Positions 38,482-50,745 are shown, counted from the first letter of the whole stretch. The stretch is 63,454 nt of DNA, filler included, from Octopus bimaculoides (GCF_001194135.2; 5 parts of 4 records of this genome joined end to end with filler, not necessarily neighbours in it), one strand, 5' to 3'. Notes: a model not told the origin generated them from the sequence alone. Numbers and translations: made by a program.

Positions 38482-39725
38482 TTTATACAATTACTCTTTT
38501 ACTTGTTTCAGTCATTTGACTGCGGCCATGCTGGAGCACCACCTTTAGTTGAGCAAATCGACCCCAGGACTTATTCTTTGTAAGCCTAGTACTTATTCTG
38601 TCAGTCTCTTTTGCCGAACCGCTAGGTTACGGGGACGTGAACACACCAGCGTCAGTTGTCAAGCGATGTTGGGGGGACAAACACAGATACACAAACACAC
38701 ACACATATATATATATACATATACATATATACGATGGGCTTCTTTCAGTTTCCGTCTACCAAATCCACTCACAAGGCTTTGGTTGGCCCGAGGCTATAGT
38801 AGGAGACACTTGCCCAAGGTGCCACGCAGTGGGACTGAACCCAGAACCATGTAGTTGGTAAGCAAGCTATAACTTTATCTTTTATTTCTTTCAGTCATCA
38901 GACTGCAGGTATGCTGGAGCACCACTTGAAGAATCTTAGTCAAAGAAATTGACACCAGTACTCATTTTTTTTTTAAGCTGGTACTTATTCTATTAGTTTC
39001 TTTTTCTGAAATGGTTGTCAAGTGGCAGTGGGGAACAAGCACAGACACTCACACACATATATATGCAACAAGCTTCTTTCAGTTTCCGTCTACCAAATCC
39101 ACTCACAAGGCATTGGTTGTCCTGAGACTACAGAAGACACTTGCTCAAGTTGCTGTACAACGGGACTGAACCCAGAACCATGTGATTAGGAAGCAAACTT
39201 TGTATCACACAACCACGATATAAATAAATATATATATANNNNNNNNNNNNNNNNNNNNNNNNNNNNNNNNNNNNNNNNNNNNNNNNNNNNNNNNNNNNNN
39301 NNNNNNNNNNNNNNNNNNNNNNNNNNNNNNNNNNNNNNNNNNNNNNNNNNNNNNNAATATATACTCTTTACTCTTTTACTTGTTTCAGTCATTTGACTGC
39401 GGCCATGCTGGAGCACCACCTTTAGTCGAGCAAATCAACCCCAGGACTTATTCTTTGGAAGCCTAGTACTTATTCTATCGTTCTCTTTTGCCGAACCGCT
39501 AAGTTTCGGGGACGTAAACACACCACCATCGATATTATATATATATACACACACATACATGACAGGCTTCTTTCAGTTTCAGTCTACAAAATTCACTCAC
39601 AAAGCTTTGGGCAGCCTGAGGCTACAGTAGAAGACACTTGTCCAATGCGCCATGCAATGGGTATGAACCCAAGTCCAAATGGTTGGGAAGCATGCTTCTT
39701 AACCACACAACTACATCTGTGCCTA
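38482..39725 (-). mobile_element. Three successive SINE family A copies (about 38482-38870, 38880-39217, 39362-39725) in RRP15 intron 3
   Basis: Repeated family A head and tail in the same orientation. Confidence 0.8.
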
Positions 39726-39801
39726 TGACTGTATTTTCAAATATTCAGAACTTTCTCCTTCAGGCATACAATGAAATACAAAACAGGAAAACAAAACTTA
39801 C

Positions 39802-39887
39802 TGTGTAGCTACTGCTTTCAATTGGCGTTCTTTATTTATCTCAAGGACATTAGGCTTTGTTCTGGCTAAAAGAAGTTTCATTTTCTT
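39802..39887 (-). CDS. RRP15: RRP15 coding exon 3
   Basis: KKMKLLLARTKPNVLEINKERQLKAVAT; CCAG acceptor, GTAAG donor; 86 nt, phases 0 and 2 fit both neighbours. Confidence 0.9.
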
Positions 39888-40278
39888 CTGGATAAGAAAA
39901 GAGAAAAACAAAAAATGAAAAAAAAAAAGAGAAAAACAGCAAAATGAATTAAAAGGAAAGAGAAAAAATAAAACCAAGAAATATCTAAAATTTATGGGTT
40001 TAATGTTTTAAATAAAGTAAACGTCATCATTTGATGTTTATATTTCCATGCTTGCATGGGTCAGATGGAATTTGTAGAGGCAGATATTCTACAGCTGGAT
40101 GCCCTTCCTGTTGTCAATCCTCACCATTCTTTTCATGCAAAAAAATATTTTCCCATGACCAGACATGTTTTTCAAAGAAGACTGGAAACAAACAGCCTTG
40201 CTTCTATGATGATGATGATGATGATGATGATGATAGTGATTTACAACCATCATGTTATATCTAGACAAGGGTGTACAC

Positions 40279-41311
40279 CAGTTTTTCTCAACCGGGGTTC
40301 CGTAAGAAAGATTAAGATAAGCTAATGCTAATTTCATGATTGTAATACTGACATCATCCAATCTAACCTATTATGTTATCAAAAAAATATAACAACCATG
40401 GAAAAATAAAAATCAAGTCAAGTCATTTCACTCAACTTTACGTCTGTCCGCCACAAATACTAGAATTGTAAAATCACTAGAAAACCGTTAAAAGCACATA
40501 AAATCATGTTACTGTACAATAAATAAGAATAAAAGCATATAAAGTCAGATTAAAATATGTACAGTAAATGTTAAGATAAACACCATAAAGTAGTGTAGCT
40601 TAGTGAACGAAATCATGAAATCAGCTGTGTTGTTTTATTTATCGATCTTTCAGAGCTCATATTGCACTGTAGTTCCAATATCTGCTATTAGACGTCGTTG
40701 TCACTCCTGATTCCCATGATTGTTTTGAATTCAGATTTGTTTACGTCTGTTTATCAGCTAGTTTCTCATTCTCATTCATTTGTGACTTTATTTTTTTGCC
40801 CCCATGGTCCCTAAGGAAATTCATATTGAAAGTGCTAAATGTCATTGCTATAATGCTGGAAGATAAACTGGCTATGATAAAACGTCATGAAAAAGGTGAA
40901 AAAGTAGTAGCAATTGCACAATCTTTTGGGATGAGCCAGGCAACTGTATCGATGATTGTACATAATAAGGACAAGATTTTAGCACACATGGTTTTTAAAA
41001 AACCATGTATCATTGAAAATGCCTTCATAAATAAAGTACAGAACTGGGAATAGTTATTATCAGTTTAGCCTAGAGACAAGTAAATGCAGCCTAGCCTAGC
41101 CTAGAGACAAGTTAATTCGACTTAAGGTGTGTCTCCTGGAACCAATTAACAACGTAGGGTGAGATATGCCTGTATATAAATATATGATATCAAACATGTG
41201 AACTACAATGAAAAAAATATGAGAAAAACATAATTTTTTCGTGCAGGGGTTCCTTGAGACATGTAATTTATTTTAAGGGTTATGCAAAGGTAAAAAGGTT
41301 GAGAAATACTG
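40279..41311. mobile_element. hAT (Charlie-like) non-autonomous element with 8-bp target-site duplication
   Basis: TIRs CAGTTTTTCTCAACC / GGTTGAGAAATACTG; flanks GTGTACAC (40271-40278) and GTATACAC (41312-41319). Confidence 0.75.
40796..41172 (+). mobile_element. Tigger/pogo transposon remnant nested in the hAT element
   Basis: CENP-B-type HTH LEDKLAMIKRHEKGEKVVAIAQSFGMSQATVSMIVHNKDKI; right terminus ..GAGATATGCCTG|TA. Confidence 0.75.
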
Positions 41312-41606
41312 GTATACACAAATGCACACATATATTTTTACATATATCCAACAGGTTCCTTACAGTTTCCATCAAGCAAATTCACTCACAAGGCTTTGGT
41401 GGGCCCAGAGCTGTAGCAGAAGACACTTGTTCAAAGTGCAAAGTGCTGTGCAGTGGGAGGACTAAACCTGATATCACATGGTTGAGGAGCAAACTTCTTA
41501 AGACAGAGCTACATATATTTAATAAATTTCTTACTCAGTTATATATGGAATCACAACAAGAAAGAAGATAAGAAAAAAACAAGAAAATAAAATTCGCATG
41601 ACAAAC

Positions 41607-42049
41607 CTCTTTCAGTTTTTCTTTATGATCCTTAGAATCTGGAATTTCCTCTTTGACTGCTTCGGGATTTGATTCCAACAATTTTTCGAGTTTATGTCTC
41701 TGAATTTCTTTGTCTGTTTTACCTTTAGCAAGAATTGTATGTTTCTTGCCAACAGGAATCTGAGTCCTTTCTAAAATTCTTGAAATAGCATCTGCAAAAC
41801 CAACAATTTCATCATCATCATCGTCACCATCACCACCATCCGCATCCTTTTGTGTTTTGGAAATAGCTTTCTTTGTTTTTGTCTTTTTCTTTTTACTTGG
41901 AGAAATTTCGTCTTCATTTGAACCAGATTCCTCATCAACACTTTTCTTTAATGTCTTCTTTTTCTTTTTTACAACTTTCTCTTCTTCAGCTTCAGAATCT
42001 TCATCACTTGCGTCTTCTCCATTACTTTCACTAAACACATATTCTATCT
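41607..42049 (-). CDS. RRP15: RRP15 coding exon 2
   Basis: Acidic/basic tract then GFADAISRILE..HTILAK (RRP15 GWADAM..TIL.K motif); GGCAG acceptor, GAG|GTTTGT donor; 443 nt. Confidence 0.92.
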
Positions 42050-42575
42050 CTGCCAAGGAAGAAATAAAAAAATGTATATACTTATCTAAAGATGAATAGA
42101 GATTTTTGTTTTTTGGAAAGGTACTAAGTTTTGTATTTATAGGGAGGGGATGGATATATCAGAAGTTGAGGTGTTCATAACATTCCCAGACACTCAAGGT
42201 GCCATGCAGTGGAACTGAACCTCGAACCATGTGGTTGGGAATCTAGCTTCTTAACCACACAACCATGCCTGCACTTCTACCAGTTTTCTGTAATTTTTCC
42301 TGTGTTGGCATCCATGTTACTACCAAAATATGGTAGTCAAATTATTAAAGAAACAAAATGAAAAAACAGAAAATTTAAACTATTCTTAAAATGTTCAACC
42401 AAAAAGATTAAATCTAACAAAAGACAATTTCTATGGGGTTTATGCTTTTATAAAAGTGTTTATCATTCAACTATAACTTACCAAAGCTTTTGTGTTTCTA
42501 AACACACACATAAAACTGAAGAATTATGCAGAAAAATATTTAATTTTTAGCAAATAGTAATTGTAAAGTAAATAC

Positions 42576-42645
42576 CAGATTTTACTTCATCTTCACTACT
42601 GTCAGCTTTCACTGCTGTGCATTTGGTTTGCTTTCTTTTAACCAT
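42576..42645 (-). CDS. RRP15: RRP15 coding exon 1 (ATG at 42645, preceded by an acceptor at 42649-42648)
   Basis: MVKRKQTKCTAVKADSSEDEVKS+G|GTATTT gives phase 1, matching exon 2; total CDS 885 nt = 294 aa. Confidence 0.8.
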
Positions 42646-42721
42646 TCCTGTAAAACAAATAGATTTGTGAGCAAATACATGTATATTCTTGGGAAGTATC
42701 TAAATGTGTGTTTATATATAT

Positions 42722-42858
42722 CATCATCATCATCGTTTAACGTCCGCTTTCCATGCTAGCATGGGTTGGACGATTTGACTGAGGACTGGTGAAACCGGAT
42801 GGCAACACCAGGCTCCAGTCTAATTTGGCAGAGTTTCTACAGCTGGATGCCCTTCATA
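42722..42858 (-). mobile_element. 3' end of a young RTE-type element with (GAT)n tail
   Basis: One mismatch seen against 49959-50093. Confidence 0.75.
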
Positions 42859-43798
42859 TATGACCTAGTTATGTGGCACATTGCAGTACACAAGAAGACC
42901 TGCCCAATTGAGATCCTAAAACCAAAGTGCCATGTAAAAAGCATTGGTGTGGGTGCTGGTGCCATGTAGAAAGCACTGATGTTGGTACTACATAAAAGCA
43001 CTGATGATGGTGCCACGTAAAAAAGGACATAGTACATTCTGTGAAGTGGTTGGCATTTGAAAGGGTATACAGCCATAGAAACCAAGCTATGGAACCCAGT
43101 GTGGTCTCTGACCATGCCAGTTCCTGTCAAACCGTTCAAACCATAATAGCTTGGAAAATGGACGTTAAATGTTGATGACAAAACTCAAAATGTATGAGAG
43201 ACAGTCAAAGCACTGTGTTGTGTTATGAGAAAATCATTTAAAACAGAACAGACAACCAAACAATGCAATAAATCAAATACATAGTTTTACTATTTTCTGT
43301 CTTTTTATCCATAAAGTTTTAACTACAAAAAGTCTTTTCTGAAAATTGAATTATTTAAAACTTAAAATGTCTTCACCAAGACCCAAAGACTGACTGAAAA
43401 ACTTCAAAATTCGATACAAGCAGCAGCTTGTATAATCTTTTCAATAATAGGCTGAGTTTGGTGTTCTTGCTAATACACAATCCTCCTTATCACCCTTAAC
43501 TCTATCCCCAACCTTCTCACTAATCCCTTCTCCGTTTTCCGTCCCATTCATAATCCCTCCCCCAATAGTGTCCACTTTGTTACACTATCCTCTACTACCC
43601 ACTCACACCTATCAATCTGTTCTTTCGTTACACCATAACAACTGCCACCATCCAACCTAAAATCATTACATCCCTTCTCTACTATCTTACTGAAGTAAGA
43701 TAGTAGAGAAGGGGTCCTTAGTATTGCAAGTTATAAAGAATGTAGTCAGAATTTGGATGAATACTATTTATTATACAAATAGTATTTATCTAGATTCT

Positions 43799-43897
43799 GA
43801 CTACCTTCTGTTAATATATATAAGATCTATAGACTACCTTCAGTTAATATATATAAGATCTATAGACTACCTTCAGTTAATATATATAAGATCTATA
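43799..43897. repeat. 33-bp tandem repeat, three copies
   Basis: Unit GACTACCTTCAGTTAATATATATAAGATCTATA. Confidence 0.9.
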
Positions 43898-44499
43898 CAA
43901 TCTCTCTCTCTCTCTCTTTCCACACACACGTAAATGTATGTATGTATTTGCTGTGTAAATCCATGGCGGTCTTGATCAAACCTATGATTAATTTTCTAGT
44001 CGTAATAAACTTTTTTTTTTCAAACAGGGTACATCTAAAACTGTGCTTCATGTATTAAAACAGTAGGGTGTAGCTGTGAGATATTTAGCTTCTATTTCTA
44101 GCAGACCGAGTAACTGAGTAAAGGCCTACTCATCAGCTTAGTACGAGTTGTCTTAACATGTGCGATATGCTCTTCCTGATATCGCAAAACATTTTCATAA
44201 AGCAACAAATAGTGATTACAAATTAAATCGATGAGTTTGACCTTTCTCCAGTGAATTCTAAGGCGATCTCGCCAATTCTAAATTATAATACAATCATAAA
44301 ATGTATAATCATTTAAAATACAACAATATTTACACAAATGTTAGAATCAGATATTACATCAAGCCATAAGATCACTCCGATTTATGATTCAATTACTTTT
44401 CAACGCAAATAAAAATATATAAAGCCCATTAAAATATTATTAATATAATTATCGAAAATGAAGAAAGTAAGAATTAATTACAACTGAACATGTAATTGG

Positions 44500-44919
44500 A
44501 AATTTTGAAGTAAATTAACTTACTAAATATTTAGATGTTAGCGACACGCGTGTTGTTAACCGGTGTAATACAAAATAAGTATCTCATAAATGTTTGATTG
44601 AAAGTTTTATTGTAAAGACATATATTTATTTACACACATACATATGTGAGTATAAATGTACACAAATAGTTAATGAATAAAAGCGTAAAGTGCTGCATGT
44701 AGATTAATAGTAAGTGGATGGATTAAACACAAAGAAAATAATTTAGGACATATTGTATTGAAGAAGGAAACGGATTAATTTTCAGGTGTTGCGAAGCTCT
44801 TTAATTTGGAAAACAAGTAAAGTGAAAGCCTCGGATAATGGGGGACGCTTTTTTTTTCAGCAAGACATCAATATAATTAAAACTTACGTAAAGTTTAATT
44901 ATATATTGGTGTTTTGAAT
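44500..44919. promoter_or_regulatory. Probable bidirectional promoter and 5' UTRs shared by RRP15 and the DCAF4-like gene
   Basis: Minus-strand donor TTTA|GTAAGT at 44524/44523 (candidate RRP15 non-coding exon); palindrome ACACGCGTGT at 44544-44553; CpG-retaining; plus-strand ATG at 44920. Confidence 0.55.
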
Positions 44920-45371
44920 ATGTCTGATTTTCGAGGAAGGAAAAAGGGAAAGTGGGGGAAAAAGGAAAATGAATATCCTTCTTCTGCAACCATGTCAGTA
45001 AGTTATGACAATGCTTCTTCTGGCCAACGTGCATCTACTTTCTCACCTAGTCCCTCTACTTCCAAATCTACTCCGCATAACGACACGGCAAACACACAAG
45101 TTACCTCTGGTATACATTCACAGAAGTTTGGGAGTAAGCTCAGTAAGAAACCGAAGAATGGTCCATCAATAGATCCTGAAATGTCGTGTAAATACTTCTC
45201 GAAAGGAAGGAAACGAAAATTTCCTCCAAACAAAAAGCATTGGAAATCCTATTTTAACAACAAACCGAAAGACGACTACACCGAAAGGAATCACACAGAT
45301 GAAGTTCCTTCGACATCTTACGGCTCGGCCTCAAAATCAAATGACCATAAAGAACTTGATATCCTTTTTGA
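44920..45371 (+). CDS. DCAF4: DCAF4-like gene, first coding exon (3' boundary uncertain)
   Basis: Ser/Lys-rich ORF ending DEVPSTSYGSASKSNDHKEL, resembling the PSTS..EL segment that precedes the PGFYFD motif of DCAF4. Confidence 0.55.
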
Positions 45372-46187
45372 GTGTATGTTCTCTTTAAATCTTTACAATT
45401 CCGAAAATAATTGGCATTCTTCTGAAATGTGTTATAAATGCTGATACTAATATCGAAATGATGCCATATAATTAATTTCACTTGTACGATTCACTAATTT
45501 CCGACAATCTGTCAAAAAATGTGTTCATTATTTTCGACTTCTGTTGTAGTCCAGGAAATGTGAATTGTTCAAGATAATTAAGCCATGCTTATTTATTTCA
45601 CGTTTTTTGTTTTTGTCAAGAAAATTTTCAGTGTTTCTCGTTTAGATATGTTTAAGAAATCTCTACTTCTCTTTTGCCTGTATTTTTGATGTGTAATTCT
45701 TCGGAAAGGTTGTTTTTTTCCAATTTTGTATTTTACAATGTCTTTGAAAGAAATATCTAGGAATACACTGACCAACGTTCTCTTCCCTCTTTTAATACTG
45801 TAGGGTCTGATTTGAGGTACATATGGCTACTATTTTTAACAAGTCATGTGATCATGAGGAGGCTTCCTCGATAATGTTCGTGGTTTTAACTTGGAAGATA
45901 GAGAACAATTATCTTGCTTTAATCCTTATTTGAAGTGTCTTAATCATTCTATCAATATAAACATTATCCACTCTTACTGTTATCCGAGTTGTTTTAGTTC
46001 TTTTGAAGTTGACTTACAAGAATAATGGATGTTTTTTTAAAGATCCAGAACAATACCAACTGTTGGGATGGACTTTATATGGACCTTTCATAATACTTTA
46101 ATTCTTGTTCTATTTTGCTATGGAGTTAGCCTTTTTGACACTAGAGAGCAAGATCTAACTTGTAAGTTATTATTATTAATAAGACTG

Positions 46188-46740
46188 CAAGCTGGCAGAA
46201 TCGTTAGCACGCCCGTCGCTACGTTCTCAGTTCAAATTCCGCCGCTGCTGACTTTTCCTTTCATCCTTTCAGGGTCGATAAATTAAGTACCAGTGAAAGA
46301 GTGGGGGTCGATGTAATCGTCTGCCCCCCCCCCTCAAAATTTCAGGCGTTATGCCTTTAGTAGAAAATAGTTAGCATGCCAGGTGAAATGCTTTATGTTC
46401 TGAGTTCAAATTCTGCTGAGGTCGAATTTGCCTTTCAGGGTCAATAAAATAAGTACCAGTTGAGCACTAGGGTCGATGTAATTGACTTAACCCCCGCCCC
46501 AGAAAACTGCTGGCCTTGTACCAAAATTTGAAATCATTAGTATGATCATTATTGTTGTTCTGGTAGAATCATTAGCATACTGAACAAAATGCTTAGCAGT
46601 ATTTTGCCCGTCTTTACATTCTGAGTTCAAATCCCACTAGGATCAATAAAATTAGTAACTGTTGAGCCCTGGGGTCAGCGTAATCAACTTACCCCCTCCC
46701 CCAAATCGCTGGCCATATATCAAAATTGGAAACCATTATT
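46188..46740 (+). mobile_element. Three to four head-to-tail SINE family C copies in the first DCAF4-like intron
   Basis: Repeated TGGCAGAATCGTTAGC / GAGTTCAAATTC / GGGTCGATAAA..AAGTACCAG motifs. Confidence 0.75.
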
Positions 46741-47137
46741 ATTTGAGCAAGCATACTGTTTATTATTCAGTTGATTTCTTCATGTGTTTATAGTAATATA
46801 ATTTACATGGCACTTCTTGCCAGGATTTAATTATGTCCTTTTATTAAATCAGTCACTAAAAAAATATTGTGAATTCTTTTAAATTTAACCAACACAAGTT
46901 CCGTATTTCTGATCTTTAAATAGACCATACTGATCACTCATATTCTCTACTTTATTCATGTTTGCTTAATACCACTTGTTACAGAGATTCATGGAGGTTG
47001 TTTATAGCACACGCATAGTAATTTTCACTAAACTATTGCAATTATTGATTGACAATGCTTCACTCTTTGAATTTCTCAATAAGCACTCAATTTTTAAGTT
47101 TTGTTCTTTGCATTTTTCCTGTATTGATCCTTAACAG

Positions 47138-47630
47138 AATCCTACAACTTGCAGGATATTACTATGATACAGAACAGGAGAAATATTTCAAGATTCTTCC
47201 TGGACACAGTAGTCTAAATGTTTTTACTAAGGCAAAAATTATTGCAAAAGAGACTGAGGAAAAACGTCAGAAAGATTTGATCAAAATGCGAGATAGCCCT
47301 TGCTCTTTACCTAAAGTTTCCCACTTCAAGAACAATATTACTCTGTGGCTGGAACAAATGAAAGTAGGATCTATAAACAACACACAAATGGGTATTTTCC
47401 AGCTAAGAAAAAATATTGCTGGCTTGAAACCTTTCTGGCATGAGAAAGTATTTCCTAGTGAATTTGGTCCTTACGAACAGTTAAAACATTGTTTGCAGCT
47501 TTTAGTGAGCCCTTTATGTGATGATATTGTTGGCTCTTGGACAGTGCAAAAGTTCCTTAAACAACGTCTACAACTAATTCACATTAAAAGACGAACACCA
47601 ACTAAAGATAACAACACAATTCCTATTGAG
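47138..47630 (+). CDS. DCAF4: DCAF4-like coding exon (gene continues beyond the recognisable sequence or segment end)
   Basis: LAGYYYDTEQEKYFKILPGHSSLNVFTKAKIIAKETEEKR matches DCAF4 LPGFYFDPEKKRYFRLLPGHN..LT.E.I..KE.E.KR; donor GAG|GTATAT at 47630; alternative acceptor at 47155. Confidence 0.75.
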
Positions 47631-47856
47631 GTATATTCTAAATATTCTCTGTATTTATTCTATTTTGCTGTTTTTGATACTCTTTTATTTTCATTCTTTG
47701 TTATTTTTGTTCCATACTGTCATCCTACATATTTTCTTATTACCTTTATTCTTTGATATAATGAAGCCTACCTATGCTTCTACACTAAAGACAGAGCCAT
47801 TTTCACAAGATTCAAAAAGAATAAAATCATCTGAATTGTAATAAACATAGAAAAGT

Positions 47857-48092
47857 ATATAAGGGGTGGTGATGGTGGTACTGAAAAGTTCCTGGCTTTA
47901 AGGGTATCACAAAAGGCCTAGTTGGAGGCCCAACCTTATGAGTTCTTTTTACAGGGCTTAAAAAAACTGAAGGACTGCTGCAATAAGTGTGTGAATCTGA
48001 GAGGGGAATATGTTGAATAAAATCACAACTAACTGATCCTCCTCTATTTTCTTTTACCCAAAGCCAAGAACTCTTCAGCACCCCCTCATATA
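47857..48092 (+). mobile_element. Mariner-derived MITE
   Basis: TIRs CTGAAAAGTTCCTGGCTT / AAGCCAAGAACTCTTCAG with TA flanks; interior encodes a transposase C-terminus LKKLKDCCNKCVNLRGEYVE*. Confidence 0.8.
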
Positions 48093-48429
48093 CTTGAAGA
48101 GATATTTTCTTTTGTCTTTCTAACATAAATGTCAGACTTACACACTAAATTGCTCATTCTCTAAATTTTCCTGTAAATTTATTTAATTTAATTTGTATAC
48201 ATACAAAAGATGTAGTGGAGTCACTGGCTGACTATTCAAAAATGTAAGCTTCATACATGGTAGATGGTTTGGAGCAGTTTGTATAAGCACATCAGAAATC
48301 AAGTCTCTTAAATGCTCAGATGGCTCACTATAAGTAGTTCATAGCTTTTGTTATCTAGGAGACATAGTTAGCAAAGGAAGTAGTTGCTCTGAAAGTGTAG
48401 TAGCTAGAGAGAGAGAGAGAACTGATTGA

Positions 48430-48720
48430 AGAAAATTCAGGGAGCTACTACTACTACTACTACTAACAAGAAATATCTTTTCCCTCAGAGTGAAGGGTAG
48501 ATTGTATGATGATGTTTCTGTTAGAACTGCAATGCTGCATGGTAGGGAAACATGGGCCTTGGACACAGAGGACTTGAGAAAATGGAAAGAAATGAAAGGA
48601 GCATGTTCTGTTAGATATGCTTTGTGAGTGTGCATGAAAGAGTTAATATAAAGATGTTGAATGTAAAACTGGGCAGAGGAGATGAAAAGGACTGGGATCT
48701 CTGTCAATATGAGGTTCTCA
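48430..48720 (+). mobile_element. RTE-clade LINE fragment
   Basis: LRVKGRLYD..VRTAMLHGRETWALDTEDLRK..ERNERSM. Confidence 0.75.
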
Positions 48721-49452
48721 AAAAGATCTGCTCTTGTCAGCAAAACTTCTGGAAATGCTGTGTTACAGTGATTCATCCCTCCTCTCATACATTTGGCTTG
48801 CCTCTTCTCCCTCACAACCTTAGCTGCTGCAGACCACCCAACATGTCATTCCTCTCTCATGCCCCCTCATTCCCTGCTGACAACTGTTTTATCTTTGCTG
48901 CTCTCATTGCTCACCCTCTCCTCAACTTTCTTCTGTGTTCCTCTATTTTCCCCTAACTCATGGCTCCTTGCTCTTCCATCCTTCTACCCGCCTCATTTTG
49001 GCAGTCTGTCTCCCCATCTCCTCATTCTCCTTCCCATACAATCTTGCAAACCAATTCTTCAGCTCACCTTGTTCCTTATGGGGCCACCTAGCCAGCTTAT
49101 CATCATTATCTAGCTCTTGCAACTCCTACTGTTCATTTTCACTTTCTCTCCCCTTCTACTAGATGTGAGTAGCCATTGAGGTCCACGACAAGAACTGCAC
49201 AGCTGTACCTTACTTCTCATTGAGTGTATGGCACTAACAAGCCTCAACAGAGGCAAAACATATCTGTTGTTCTTGTGAGTCATTGCAGTGATGATATTCA
49301 TGTCACTCCAACATTTATTATTTTTATAACACAAGTTTATGATGAGATTTTATCTTAGACAATACTGCAGCTTTATGCCTTCTAACAGTGTGCATATATG
49401 TTATATGATACACAATATGTGTGTATGTATGTATGTGTATATATATAAGTGC

Positions 49453-49467
49453 AGGCGTGGCTGTGTG

Positions 49468-49518
<51 letters not shown>

Positions 49519-49880
49519 TGCAGGTTTGGCTGTGTGCTTCCCAACCACATGCTTCTGGGTTCAGTCCTACTCCTCTAGCCTTGGGCCAACCAAAGCCTTG
49601 TGAGTGTATTTGGCAGATGGAAACTGAAAGAATCCCGTTGCATATATATGTGTGTGTGTGTGTGTGTGTACGTATATATTTGTGTGTCTGTGTTTTTCCC
49701 CCACCATCGTTTGACAGCCGATGTTGGTGTATTTACATCCCCGTAATTTAGCAGTTCAGCAAAAGGGACTGATGGAATAAGTACTAGGGCTACAAAGAAT
49801 AAGTCCTGTGGTCAGCTTGTTTGACTAAAAGTGGTGATCCAGCATGGCCACAGGTAAATTGACTGAAATAAGTAAAAGAA
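49453..49880 (+). mobile_element. SINE family A, full length with a (TA)n expansion in the head
   Basis: GGCGTGGCTGTGTGG head, apparently duplicated around the (TA)n; family tail present. Confidence 0.8.
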
Positions 49881-49958
49881 CGGGAACGTGAAACTCAGAA
49901 TAACAGTCTTTTGTTATATTTCTGCTGCTTTTAAATAAAGTATATATATATATATATA

Positions 49959-50155
49959 TCATCATCATCATCATCATCATCGTTTAACGTCCGCTTTCCA
50001 TGCTAGCATGGGTTGGACGATTTGACTGAGGACTGGTGAAACCGGATGGCAACACCAGGCTCCAGTCTGATTTGGCAGAGTTTCTACAGCTGGATGCCCT
50101 TCCTAACGCCAACCACTCAGAGAGTGTAGTGGGTGCTTTTACGTGTCACCCGCAC
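49959..50155 (-). mobile_element. 3' end of a young RTE-type element with (GAT)n tail
   Basis: Near-identical to 42722-42858; cut by the assembly spacer. Confidence 0.75.
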
Positions 50156-50255
50156 NNNNNNNNNNNNNNNNNNNNNNNNNNNNNNNNNNNNNNNNNNNNT
50201 TAATTAATTAANNNNNNNNNNNNNNNNNNNNNNNNNNNNNNNNNNNNNNNNNNNN
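50156..50255. other. Artificial assembly spacer
   Basis: 44 N + TTAATTAATTAA (50200-50211) + 44 N. Confidence 0.95.
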
Positions 50256-50291
<36 letters not shown>

Positions 50292-50564
50292 TGTATGCAT
50301 ATGCACTTGTCCAGGATGTAACTGAAGTAGATTCTAACACTTAAGAAGGCACTCCCCCACACTTTTGGGGGAAAATAAAATAATGCAGTCTTTATTAATT
50401 TCTTCGAAAACAAAACATAGCAGAAAGACACACCCCGCTCTCGCTTTCTTGTCGCCAAGAGCCCTTCCCAAACCGCACTCTTTCTCTCTCTCCACCTGTT
50501 TGTCTGTTTGTCTGTTTGTCGGTTTGTCTGTTTCTTTCTCTCTCTCCTCCGTCTATGTCTGTCA

Positions 50565-50660
50565 CTTGTCTCTTCTCTTTCTTTCATGCTTGTTGCCAAA
50601 ATCTTCTAATTCTTGTCTCTTCTCTTTCTTTCATGCTTGTTGCCAAAATCTTCAAATTCT
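50565..50660. repeat. 47-bp tandem duplication
   Basis: CTTGTCTCTTCTCTTTCTTTCATGCTTGTTGCCAAAATCTTC twice (50565, 50612). Confidence 0.85.
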
Positions 50661-50712
50661 TCTCACTTCATACACATAACATCCATCCACCCATACACAC
50701 ATACATATATAT

Positions 50713-50745
<33 letters not shown>

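Noticed and set aside
46985-46996. 12-nt micro-exon (AGATTCATGGAG) to repair the DCAF4-like frame
   Set aside because: It gives a stop with the GTATGT donor and has only a weak GTTGTT donor; unsupported without reads.
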